Part shown: one piece after another, positions 7,267-16,518 of the stretch | How the letters are laid out: each line of letters starts with the position of its first letter | How positions within the stretch are numbered: position 1 is the stretch's first letter | DNA from: Archangiaceae bacterium | Lineage (GTDB): Bacteria > Myxococcota > Myxococcia > Myxococcales > Myxococcaceae | Length of the DNA stretch: 31,798 bases | Assembly (NCBI GenBank): GCA_043750125.1 | Contig: JAYVCD010000384.1 | Coordinates: forward strand, 1-31,798 | Reading direction: 5' to 3' | Program-made: the position numbers and the translations under genes | The notes under the pieces: model-generated | What the model was told of the DNA's origin: nothing | What the model saw: the letters and a program-made list of their open reading frames with translations, nothing else | Database searches by the model: none

Positions 7267-10200
7267 ATGAAGCAACTCATGGTGGGCCTGGCGGTCCTTT
7301 GTCTTCCGCTTCCGGCGCACGCCGCCAAGTCCGACAAGACGGCGCGCGACTTCACCGTGCTGGTCGTCGGCGGCTCGGCGGGCGACGGGACCACTCCCAC
7401 CTTGAGCCAGCTCAAAGAACGGCTGCAGTCGGCGGACCCCTCGAGCGCAGTGGTGCTCTTCACCGGCAATTACAGCCGCGAAGAGCTTCCGACCGAAGCT
7501 GAGGAAGGCCGCGCCCAGGCGGAAGCAGAAATTCTGGCTCACGTCACCGCCACCGAAGACTTCGTGCGGCGCGGCGGCAAGGTCTACTTTCTGGCCGGGC
7601 AGCAGGACTTCGCCGAGGGGGGGACGAAGGCCGTTCGCAGGCTGCGAAAATTTCTCAACCGGTCCTTCGCCGCCGTGGCGGGCGACCCGGACTCCGACGA
7701 CAAAGAGGATCTCGACGTGATGCCCCAGGCCGCCTGTGGCACCCCCACCCAGCTTGATCTCACTGCGAATCTCGGGCTGCTGCTGGTCAATTCTCAATGG
7801 TGGATGCAGGACTGGGTCGCCGACCCTTCGTTCAACGAAGGCTGCGAAGTGAAGACCCGCCAGTCGTTTCAGGAAACCTTGATCGACGCCCTGCGCACCT
7901 ACCGCAACCGGCGACTGGTGGTGGCGAGCCATCACCCGCTGCGCAGCTATGGCGAGGGCGGCGGCCAATTTACGGCGCGCGCCCACTTGAGTCCGGTTCC
8001 GTTGATTGGGACCGCCTGGGTCTGGGCCCGGCAGGCGGGCCTGGTGCCGCAGTACAAGAATCACCCGCTGTATCGCTCGTACGTCGAGATGGTGATCGGA
8101 GAAGCCGAACGAACGGGCTCGTATGTCTTTGCGTCCGGTCACGACGCGAACCTGCAGTTCGTTTCGTTGCACCGACAGGCGCAGATTGTCTCTGGCACCT
8201 CAGGGCTCGTCCCCGCTCGTACGGTGACTGCCGACCCGGGAGACTTCGCTTCGGCCTCGCCCGGCTGGGTCGAGCTGACGTTCGACCCTTCGGGACAAGG
8301 ACAAGCCCGCTACTTCTCGAGCCTCGGCGAGCCGCTGTTCGAAAAAGAGCTGCCGGCGGTCCCGATTCTCGCCCCGGCGCTGTCCGAGCCGCCGCACGCC
8401 CTGCCGCCCAGTCCGGTGGTGGCCGGCTACTCGAAGCATGGGGTCTGGAAGCTGCCCGGCTTCGTGAAACTCTTCGTCGGGTCCTATTACAGCGATGCCT
8501 ACTCTTTGAAGCTGCCCTACGACGTCCTCGATTTGAAGATCGAGCAGGGAGGACTCAAACCCTACAAGGTGGGCGGCGGCCTTCAAACCAACAGCATTCG
8601 GCTGCGCGACCCCGACGGCGGCGATTGGGCGATTCGGGCCACCACCAAAGACTCGAGCCGCCTGCTGCCCTACCCCTTGAGCCAATTCACCGTTGCCAGC
8701 CGATTGCTGGAGCACGGCTTTACCGCCACCCACCCCGAGGCGGCGCTGTCCTTCCCGCGTCTGGCCGAAGCGGTGGGAATGCTGCATCTCAATCCCCGCT
8801 TGATGTACCTGCCCGACCAGGAAGGTCTGGGGCAATACCGGGGCTTCATCACCGATGAAGTGGTGATGCTCGAGCAGCGCACCGAGGGAAAGGCGAAGAC
8901 CAAGAGCTACGACGACATGGTCGAGAAGATTATGGACAAGCCGGCCAAGCATCGAATCGATCAGGAAGCGATGCTGAGGGCGCGGCTGCTCGACGTCTTC
9001 ATCGGCGATTGGGATCGCCACAAGGGTCAATGGCGCTTCGCGGTGACCGTCGGGCCAGACGGAACCAAGACCTACGCTCCGATTCCGATGGACCGCGATC
9101 AGATGTTCGGCAACTACGACGGACTGGGGCTGGTCTTCGCCCGGCTGGTGGTTCCCGCCTCGCGCGCGCTGCAGCCGTTCACCGGCAATTACGGAAGACT
9201 GGGGTGGCTCAACTACAACGCCCGCAACGTCGACGCGTTTGCGCTCAACCAACTCACCCACGCACGGTGGATGGAGATTGCGGCTGAAGTGCAAAAAGCG
9301 CTCACCGACACGGTGATCGACGAGGCCTTCGCGAGCTGGCACCCCGAGACGTTTGCGCTCGACGGAGCTCGAATCGCCCAGGCCCTGAAGATGCGCCGCG
9401 ACAAACTGCTCAGCGCTGCCGAAGACTATTACGCCCTGCTCAGCACCCGGGTCGACGTATTGGGGTCGGCCCACTCCGATCAATTCGATGTCTGGTTTGA
9501 ACCAGGCGGCGCCGTTCGCATTTCGGTTCGAACCCGCAAGGAAGGGTCGACCCCCTACTTCGACCGGGTCTTCGAGCCCAACGACACCCAGGAACTGAGC
9601 CTGTACGGGCTCGAGGGCGATGACGTGCTGTCCGTGCACGGGAACCCCAACCCGCAGTTCACGATTCGTTTCGTCGGGGGCGAAGGCAAGGACTCGTTGT
9701 CCGCGGCGGGCGGCGGTGAGCCCGTCGACGCGCGCAACATTCAGCTCTACGACAGTGAGAAGGGCGCCGAAATCGACCCCTCGATCAAGGTTCGCGACGA
9801 ACGATCGAGCATCGCTTCGCTCAACCAATACGACTCGACCGAAAACCATGAGCCCGACTACGGGTCGTTCATGCCGGGCCTGGTCGTCAACCCCGACGAC
9901 GGGGCGTACCTGGGCGGCCAATACACCCACGTCGTCCACGGGTTAGAAGAGCCCCTTCGCCGCTCGCTACAGCCTGACCGCCTACTTCGCGACCGCCACT
10001 CTGGGCGCAGCGATCGACTTCCGCGCCCTGTTCCCCCAGAGCGCCTCGCTGCTCGATCAGCAGCTGGACCTGACGCTGAAGACCCCCAGCTACACCCGCA
10101 ATTTCTACGGCTACACCAACACCTACGTCGACGACGCGTCACCCAACTACTACCGGGTACGCCAGGCGCAGTACGAGGCGCGCTACGGCTTGTCCTACGG

Positions 10201-10900
10201 CTTCGGCGGCGATCGGACCCGCATCGGCGCGCAGCTGCTGGCCCAGGCCATTGTCACCGAGCCGACCGCAGGAAGGTTCGTCAGCGTCTCTCCTGATGTC
10301 ACTGGGGACACTCTGGGCCCGAGGTACTTCGGAGGCGCTCGGGTGTTTGCTCAAACCAACACCTTCGACAGCCTGACCTTGCCCCGGAGGGGCATCGCGC
10401 TCCACGGCTCGATCGAGACCCGCTACGACCTGACGCGCGCCAATCAAGTCTCGACCAACTTCAAAGCGGCGGGGGCATTCGCGATTCCTTTCGACCGAAA
10501 CCAGCGCCTGGTCTTGCTGACCCGGGCCAGCGTCGAAGCGATCGTCGGAAATCACCCGTTCTATTTTGCGCCCACCCTCGGCGACACCCAGCTGCGCGCG
10601 TACCACAAGCAACAGCTGGCCGGAGATCTTGCGTTTGCCCATACCACCGACCTTCGAGTCGACCTCTTGCGGTTCTATTCGGTGGTGCCCGGGACAGTGG
10701 GCCTGAACCTCTCGGTCGATCACGGCCGGGTGTTTGGCGCTGCAATCTCCACCAATGACTACCATTTGAACTACGGCGGCGGCCTCTGGTGGTCGATCGT
10801 CGACTTGTTTGGCATTTCGGCGAATTACTACCGGGGCCTCGATGGTGGGTCCCGGTTCACCCTTGCAGTGGGCTCCCTCTTTTCGGGGACCGGGTTCTGA
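7267..10900 (+). pseudogene. Large outer-membrane protein: degenerate metallophosphoesterase + kinase-like domain + BamA/TamA-type barrel, frameshifted near 9944 (about 1210 aa if restored)
   Basis: Signal peptide MKQLMVGLAVLCLPLPAHA; HHP and SGHD motifs; GDWDRH...PIPMDRDQ; NPDDG. The frame from 9947 to 10900 is open and continues the barrel (KSPFAARYSLT...NFYG...LGDTQLRAY...GTGF, terminal Phe). May be a sequencing error rather than a true pseudogene. Confidence 0.8.
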
Positions 10901-10902
10901 CA

Positions 10903-11871
10903 ATGATTGCTCTAATTGCCGCACTGCCGCTTCTCTTTTCCCTTCCTGCCTCAGAGGTTGATCGCCCGGATCATCAGGCGGTCAAACCCGATGGTGGATC
11001 TTTGCCCACCGTCGCACCCGGGCTGACTCCTTCTTTTGCCCCGATTCTGGCTCCTGAGTTCGTCGCCGACGGAGGAACCGCCCCGATCGTCACCCGCCCC
11101 ACCTTGTCGGTCTACAGCGTCGATCTGCCGGTCGAAGCGACGGTGACCGGGGGATCTCTGGCGCTGTTCTTGATCGTCGACCTGCTGATCAAGCCGACGC
11201 TGGAAGGCGACATTTCGTGTCGACGGCCGGTCGGGAACATGCGGTGCAACCCGGCCGACCTCACCACCATCGACCGTTATGCCGTCGGCAGGCAGTCGAA
11301 GCCCTGGTCCACGTTCGGCGACGTGGCGCTGTATGCGAGCATCATTGCCCCGGTGATCTACCTGGGCCTCGAAAGCCTGGCGCTGCCCACCGCCGAGCCG
11401 CTGCGCGACTTTGCAAACGACCTGATGGTGGTGAGCGAAGCGATGGCCTTGACGGGGGCGATGCAGACGCTGATGAAGTTTGCGTTCAGACGCCCACGGC
11501 CGGTGCGGTACATCGAGGTCGATGCTCCGCTGAGCAGCTTCGATCAAGAGCTGTCCTTTCCTTCGGGACACACCGCGATAGTCACCGCTGCAACCACCGC
11601 GCTGACCACCACCATCTTTTTGCGTCACCCGCATTCTCAGGTGCGCTACCTCGTGCTGGGAGGTGGCATCTTGCTCAGCGTCCTCACCGCCGCCTCTCGC
11701 GTCGAATCGGGTCAACACTTTCCCACCGACGTTGCGGTCGGAGTTTTGATCGGAGGGTTCGCCGGCTTCGCAGTTCCCTATCTTCACCGAAATAAAATCC
11801 CTCTCATTCCCACCGCCAGCCTCAATCCGTCCACCGGCCAGACTGCGTTTGGCCTTGCGGGAACCTTTTGA
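10903..11871 (+). CDS. PAP2 family phosphatase (membrane-associated)
   Basis: Intact KxxxxRPRP, SFPSGH and SRVESGQHFPTD motifs, several TM segments; ATG 2 nt after the upstream stop. Confidence 0.92.
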   Translation: MIALIAALPLLFSLPASEVDRPDHQAVKPDGGSLPTVAPGLTPSFAPILAPEFVADGGTAPIVTRPTLSVYSVDLPVEATVTGGSLALFLIVDLLIKPTLEGDISCRRPVGNMRCNPADLTTIDRYAVGRQSKPWSTFGDVALYASIIAPVIYLGLESLALPTAEPLRDFANDLMVVSEAMALTGAMQTLMKFAFRRPRPVRYIEVDAPLSSFDQELSFPSGHTAIVTAATTALTTTIFLRHPHSQVRYLVLGGGILLSVLTAASRVESGQHFPTDVAVGVLIGGFAGFAVPYLHRNKIPLIPTASLNPSTGQTAFGLAGTF

Positions 11872-12875
11872 AGAAGAGCGCCGACTGGGGCACCTGGCTG
11901 TCCATGTCCGCCGTGGTGGGGGTGTGCGTGGTGATCGGCCTCCGGGTCGTGTCCCCTGGCGGGGATTCCCCCACCCCGGGCCCGGTACCTGTCGAGGGCA
12001 CCCGGGTCGTGGCGCCGGTCGATGCGGGCCCGGCTGAAGTCCTGGCCCCTGCATCGCAGTCAGAAGCCCCCGGGTATCGACTCAACGCGCCGGACGCGAC
12101 CGCCGTGTTGTCACCGATCTTGAATGAAATTTCGGGACTCTCGCCCTCGAAGGAACCGGACAGTCTGTGGGCGGTGCACGACGAGCGCGGAACGCTGTTT
12201 CGCATTTCGGTCAAAGACGGGTCGGTGCTTCAGGAAGTCTCTTTGGGAAAGAAGGGAGACTACGAAGGCGTCGAGGAAGTCGGAGACATCGTCTACGTCG
12301 CCCGCAGCGAAGGAATCTTGTTGGTCGTCGACCCCAAGGCGGGCGGCGAACCGACCCGACTGAATTTTCAAAAGCAGCTCGGCCTGGCCTGCGATCTCGA
12401 AGGCCTGGCCTACGAGCCGAAACAAAAACGGCTCTTGCTCACTTGCAAGAACGAGGGCTCGAAGAGTCGCCGGTCGAACAAGTCTTTCGAGATCTTCGCG
12501 ATGGATCTCGAGTCCAGGAAAATCCACCGCGAGGCCGTCTACGTTCTCACCGAGCAGCAAATCGATGCCTACATCGCAGCGCACCCCGACATGACCCAGT
12601 TCAAGAAGGCGAAGGGAAACAACTTCGCTCCTTCCGGAGTCGCCGTTCATCCCGAAACGGGCGAGATCTACATTCTGTCGACCCGCGCAAAGATGGTCGT
12701 GGTGCTCGACACCCAGGGCGGCCTGGTCCGCGCCTATGCGCTCGACCCCGCGGTGCATCCCCAGCCCGAAGGAATTGCTTTTGGTCCCGATGGAACCTTG
12801 TTCATCAGCAGCGAAGCGCATGGAAAACGTGCGTTGCTGCAGACGTTCAAACCACCAACGGCGGTGAAAGACTGA
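11868..12875 (+). CDS. SdiA-regulated/YjiK-like beta-propeller protein, N-terminally anchored
   Basis: LNEISGL, LWAVHDE, GDYEGV, DLEGL, FAPSGVAVHP, PQPEGIAF and LFISSE blade motifs; TTGA overlap with the PAP2 stop. Confidence 0.85.
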   Translation: MKKSADWGTWLSMSAVVGVCVVIGLRVVSPGGDSPTPGPVPVEGTRVVAPVDAGPAEVLAPASQSEAPGYRLNAPDATAVLSPILNEISGLSPSKEPDSLWAVHDERGTLFRISVKDGSVLQEVSLGKKGDYEGVEEVGDIVYVARSEGILLVVDPKAGGEPTRLNFQKQLGLACDLEGLAYEPKQKRLLLTCKNEGSKSRRSNKSFEIFAMDLESRKIHREAVYVLTEQQIDAYIAAHPDMTQFKKAKGNNFAPSGVAVHPETGEIYILSTRAKMVVVLDTQGGLVRAYALDPAVHPQPEGIAFGPDGTLFISSEAHGKRALLQTFKPPTAVKD

Positions 12876-12968
12876 AGTTCGCGGCACGCACAAACCAGAC
12901 TGTTCTGAAGAATTCGCGCGCGAGCGGATCTGACTGGCTTCGAGATTTGAGCGTCTTTAGTCAAGCTC

Positions 12969-13298
12969 ATGCTCGAGAGGAAGCTCATCACAATTGCCTT
13001 CGGAGCTGCGCTGTTCGCTTCAGGCCCCTGTAACAAGGTTCGCCAGGAACCGAAGGCTGAAGCCACCCGCGAAGTTCCCGTCCCGACGCAAACCCTTTCT
13101 CCTTCCGTCCCCGGGACGGTGGAAGTCCGGCCGACCCTCGAGCTCGTCGTGCCGGCGAGCACGCCCGCCGAACGTTCCGAGGTCCACCCTGTTCCGTGTG
13201 GGCCGAAGAAACTTCGACTCCCCCCCAGAAGTTTTGGACCTTTTCGAAAAGATAATTTTTCTACAGACCCGCCGCCCGCCCTTAGGATTGAAAGATGA
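12969..13298 (+). CDS. Hypothetical small exported Pro-rich protein
   Basis: Signal-like N-terminus (MLERKLITIAFGAALFASGPC); fills the gap between genes. No family recognised. Confidence 0.4.
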   Translation: MLERKLITIAFGAALFASGPCNKVRQEPKAEATREVPVPTQTLSPSVPGTVEVRPTLELVVPASTPAERSEVHPVPCGPKKLRLPPRSFGPFRKDNFSTDPPPALRIER

Positions 13299-13314
13299 CC
13301 GCCTCAGGGGAATC

Positions 13315-14211
13315 ATGAAAATCATCTGCGCATTGATCGGGCTGGCCACCGCCTCGCTCACCCTGTGGGCTTGTCAGTGCGGCGCCCCCCCCATGAGTTG
13401 TGGGTCGCTGGGTCAAAGCTGCTGTTCGGGCGCGATCGAATGCTCGAGCAACGCGGTTTGTCGCGTCGGAGTCTGCGCACAGTGCGGCGGCCCCGGTCAA
13501 CCGTGCTGTGCCGCCACCACCTGTACGAATGGAGGCTGCTGCGCGAACAACACGTGCATCGCCGTCGGCTCGGCCTGCTCAGGCTTTGGCGTGTGCAATG
13601 CGGGCAGCTGTGGAGGTTGCGGCGCAGCCGGAGAGGCGTGCTGCGGCGGCCGTTGCACCGCCCCGAACGTGGGCTGCTCGGGCGCGGTCGCCGGTTCGTT
13701 GATCTGCCTCACCTGTGGTGGAGCAGGACAACCCTGTTGCGCCAACGGGGCCTGCACTGGCTCGAACCTCGGCTGCGCGGCCAACAACACCTGCGCCCAG
13801 TGCGGGGGCGCGGGGCAACCTTGTTGCTTCAACAGCACCTGCGGCGACAGTGCACTCGCCTGCAACCGGGGGATCTGCGCGCAGTGTGGCGGTCCGGGGC
13901 AGGTCTGCTGTCCGGGCAGCGTCTGTACCGGCGGCGGGTGTTGCGATCAAAACGGCCCCACCTGTCTGGCCCCCGCCAGCAGCTGTCCCGGAAACCAGGG
14001 CCTGTGCAGTGGAGGCGGCTGCCAGGGAGGTACCTGCGGCAAGGCCGGTCAGCCGTGCTGTGGAAGCGGCATCGATTGCACCGCTCCTTTTACCGACTGC
14101 AGCAAGGGCAACACGTGCACCGGGTGTGGAGATCTCGGCCAGAAGTGCTGCAACGGAGACACTTGCCTCACCGGGCGCGGGTGCAACCGTGCCACCGACA
14201 CCTGCCAGTAG
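13315..14211 (+). CDS. Cys-rich repeat lipoprotein (CGxxGQxCC modules)
   Basis: AGGGG RBS, signal peptide ending LWAC-QC, about 20% Cys, eight CGxxG(Q/E)xCC repeats. Confidence 0.85.
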   Translation: MKIICALIGLATASLTLWACQCGAPPMSCGSLGQSCCSGAIECSSNAVCRVGVCAQCGGPGQPCCAATTCTNGGCCANNTCIAVGSACSGFGVCNAGSCGGCGAAGEACCGGRCTAPNVGCSGAVAGSLICLTCGGAGQPCCANGACTGSNLGCAANNTCAQCGGAGQPCCFNSTCGDSALACNRGICAQCGGPGQVCCPGSVCTGGGCCDQNGPTCLAPASSCPGNQGLCSGGGCQGGTCGKAGQPCCGSGIDCTAPFTDCSKGNTCTGCGDLGQKCCNGDTCLTGRGCNRATDTCQ

Positions 14212-14582
14212 AGCCGCGCTCGCTGACTTGCGCCGGGAAGATCGGCTCACACCGCGCACCCGTCGTGACCTTCTTTGACATCGAACATCGGGGTGAACGT
14301 GCGCATCTTGAAAGGCCACGCGCGCGCGATCGATGACGCAGGACCGCGTCGAAGCAACCCGAGAACGGCTCGAACCGGATTGAAGCCAAATTTGAGCTTG
14401 GTGGCAGTCAGAGTGTCCGTCGCCCGCGAAGGACGTCGAAACGCCTCCTTGCCCACCACGCAGAAGAGGGTCGCTCGCGGTCCGCACCTCGTGCCCGCCG
14501 GAATTCCACACCTGTGGCGATTCGCCTCAGGGCCGGATTTGGGCCGACCGTAAAAGCCCCAGCAAAACCGCCACAACTTGGC

Positions 14583-14598
14583 CGGCTCGGCCTTTGCT
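14583..14598 (+). promoter_or_regulatory. Possible sigma54 box (or extended -10) directly before the MlaE-like gene
   Basis: CGGCTCG-GCCT-TTGCT 13 nt before the ATG; no RBS visible, so a near-leaderless transcript is implied. Confidence 0.35.
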
Positions 14599-14611
14599 AA
14601 GCCTTCGCGCG

Positions 14612-15745
14612 ATGCCCGAACACGCCTACGCTCTCACCCGCATCGAGGGGCAAAAAGGAGCTTCGGCGCTTCATATTGAAGGGCAGCTGACGTTCGCCGA
14701 GGCTGGCTTCCTCTGGGCCGATCTGCTGCAGAACGTCGGAGAGGTAGACAAGGGCCAGCGCATCGACTTCGACATGTCTAAAGTTGAACGGGTCGACGGT
14801 GGCTCGATGGCTCTGCTGGTCCAACTTCGCGCGGACCTCCATCGGCGGGGAGCCTCGGCCGAGTTTGTCGGCGCAGATGATCAGGTTCAAGAGATCATCC
14901 ATCTGTACCGGGGCGATGTTCTCGTCGGAGCACGCAAAAAACGGCGCGCCCAGGGAATGATCGAGCAGATCGGCGCCAGCACCGTGGCGCTCTTCGGTGA
15001 GTTCAAGCAGGTCTTCGGGTTCTTCGGTCAGGCCCTCGTCGCGACGGTGGGCGTGATCGCCAAGCCAAGGACGGCGAACTGGAAGGACGTAACCCCGACG
15101 ATGGAAAGGACAGGCGCCGACGCCGTACCCATCGTGGTGCTGATCAACTTCCTCGTCGGCTTCGTGATGGCCTTCCAGGGCGCCGTTCAGCTCAAGCAAT
15201 TCGGCGCCAACATCTTCGTCGCCGATCTGGTGGGCCTGTCGATCTGCCGCGAGCTGGGCCCGCTGATGACGGCGATCATTCTCTGCGGCCGATCGGGTGC
15301 TGCGTTCGCCGCCGAGATCGGGTCGATGAAGGTCTCGGAAGAAATCGACGCGCTGCGCACGATGGGCTTCGGCCCGATGCGATTCCTCGTTCTTCCGCGG
15401 ACCCTGGCCCTGGTGTTGGTGCTGCCGTTGCTCACGCTCTTGGGAGACGCAGTCGGCGTTCTCGGCGGACTGGTCGTCGGAATCTTGAGCCTCGATTTGA
15501 CGGTTGTCGGGTACCTCAACGAGACGCAGAAGGCGCTCTCGATGTGGGACATCTACTCGGGGATGATCAAAAGCGTGGTCTTCGCGATGGTGATCGCCCT
15601 CATCTCTTGTCAGCAGGGGCTGGCGACCACCGGTGGCGCGGCGGGAGTCGGGAAGCGCACCACCTCGTCAGTGGTTTCGATTCTCTTCGCGCTGATTCTC
15701 GTCGACGCCGGGTTCACCATTTTTTTCTACGCCTTCAACCTATGA
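14612..15745 (+). CDS. mlaE: MlaE-family ABC permease with N-terminal STAS domain
   Basis: STAS-like FDMSKVERVDGGSMALL; RELGPLMTAIILCGRSGAAFAAEIGSMKVSEEIDALRTMG; GVGKRTTSSVV. Confidence 0.92.
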   Translation: MPEHAYALTRIEGQKGASALHIEGQLTFAEAGFLWADLLQNVGEVDKGQRIDFDMSKVERVDGGSMALLVQLRADLHRRGASAEFVGADDQVQEIIHLYRGDVLVGARKKRRAQGMIEQIGASTVALFGEFKQVFGFFGQALVATVGVIAKPRTANWKDVTPTMERTGADAVPIVVLINFLVGFVMAFQGAVQLKQFGANIFVADLVGLSICRELGPLMTAIILCGRSGAAFAAEIGSMKVSEEIDALRTMGFGPMRFLVLPRTLALVLVLPLLTLLGDAVGVLGGLVVGILSLDLTVVGYLNETQKALSMWDIYSGMIKSVVFAMVIALISCQQGLATTGGAAGVGKRTTSSVVSILFALILVDAGFTIFFYAFNL

Positions 15746-16506
15746 GCCCCCTGATCAAAGTCACCGACCTGTCGATGGGCTGGGACACCACGGTGCTGCT
15801 GCAGAACGCCAGCTTCGAAGTCCCGCGCGGCGACATCTTCGTGATCCTGGGAGGCAGCGGCTGCGTCAAGTCGACCCTGCTGCGCTACCTGATTGGGCTT
15901 GAAACCCCGCTCAACGGGACGATCTGTGTCGACGGAGTCAAAGAGTCGTACCTCGAGGTCGGCCGCCCTCCTTACGGAGTGATGTTTCAATCGGGAGCGC
16001 TCTTCGGCTCGATGACGGTCGGCGAGAACCTCTCGCTGCCCCTGGGCCAGTGGACGGACCTTCCGGTCGATGCGATCAACGCGATCGTTCGAGCCAAGCT
16101 GCGGCTGGTCGGACTTCAAGACGCCGAGAACAAGTTTCCGTCCGAGCTGTCGGGCGGAATGAAAAAACGCGCGGCGATCGCCCGCGCGATGGTGCTCGAG
16201 CCTGAGCTCATCTTCCTCGACGAGCCGTCCGCCGGGCTCGACCCCGTCAGCTCCTTCGAGCTCGACGAGCTGATCCTCTCGCTCAACAAGGCGTTGGGGC
16301 TGACCGTCGTGCTCGTCTCGCACGAGCTGCAGAGCATCTTCGGCATCGCCAAGAACTGCATCATGTTGGACAAGGCGAGCAAGAGCATCATCGCGCGCGG
16401 CGACCCCCGCGAGCTGCGCGACTCTTCTCAAGATCCCCGGGTGAGCTCCTTTTTCAACCGCAGCGCGGGCCCCCCGGTACCCGCTCCCAATCCCTCTGCT
16501 CCCTGA
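15742..16506 (+). CDS. mlaF: MlaF-family ABC ATPase (Walker A variant GGSGCVKST)
   Basis: FQSGALF, LSGGMKKR signature, IFLDEPSAGLDP Walker B, VSH switch; ATGA overlap with mlaE. Confidence 0.92.
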   Translation: MSPLIKVTDLSMGWDTTVLLQNASFEVPRGDIFVILGGSGCVKSTLLRYLIGLETPLNGTICVDGVKESYLEVGRPPYGVMFQSGALFGSMTVGENLSLPLGQWTDLPVDAINAIVRAKLRLVGLQDAENKFPSELSGGMKKRAAIARAMVLEPELIFLDEPSAGLDPVSSFELDELILSLNKALGLTVVLVSHELQSIFGIAKNCIMLDKASKSIIARGDPRELRDSSQDPRVSSFFNRSAGPPVPAPNPSAP

Positions 16507-16518
16507 AGGACGCCCGTC

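Noticed and set aside
8200-9939. Long antisense ORFs (also 15727-17283, 19906-21273, 22741-24594 and others)
   Set aside because: They mirror well-supported genes and are expected from codon bias in high-GC DNA; no motifs recognised.
9947-10296. Arg-rich C-terminal tail of the 1013-aa ORF, and a separate 236-aa gene at 10190
   Set aside because: Both are products of the frameshift; the +1 frame is open from 9947 and continues the same barrel protein.
14212-14580. Small ORFs or an RNA gene in the gap before mlaE
   Set aside because: No RBS, recognisable motif or tRNA/ncRNA structure found by eye.
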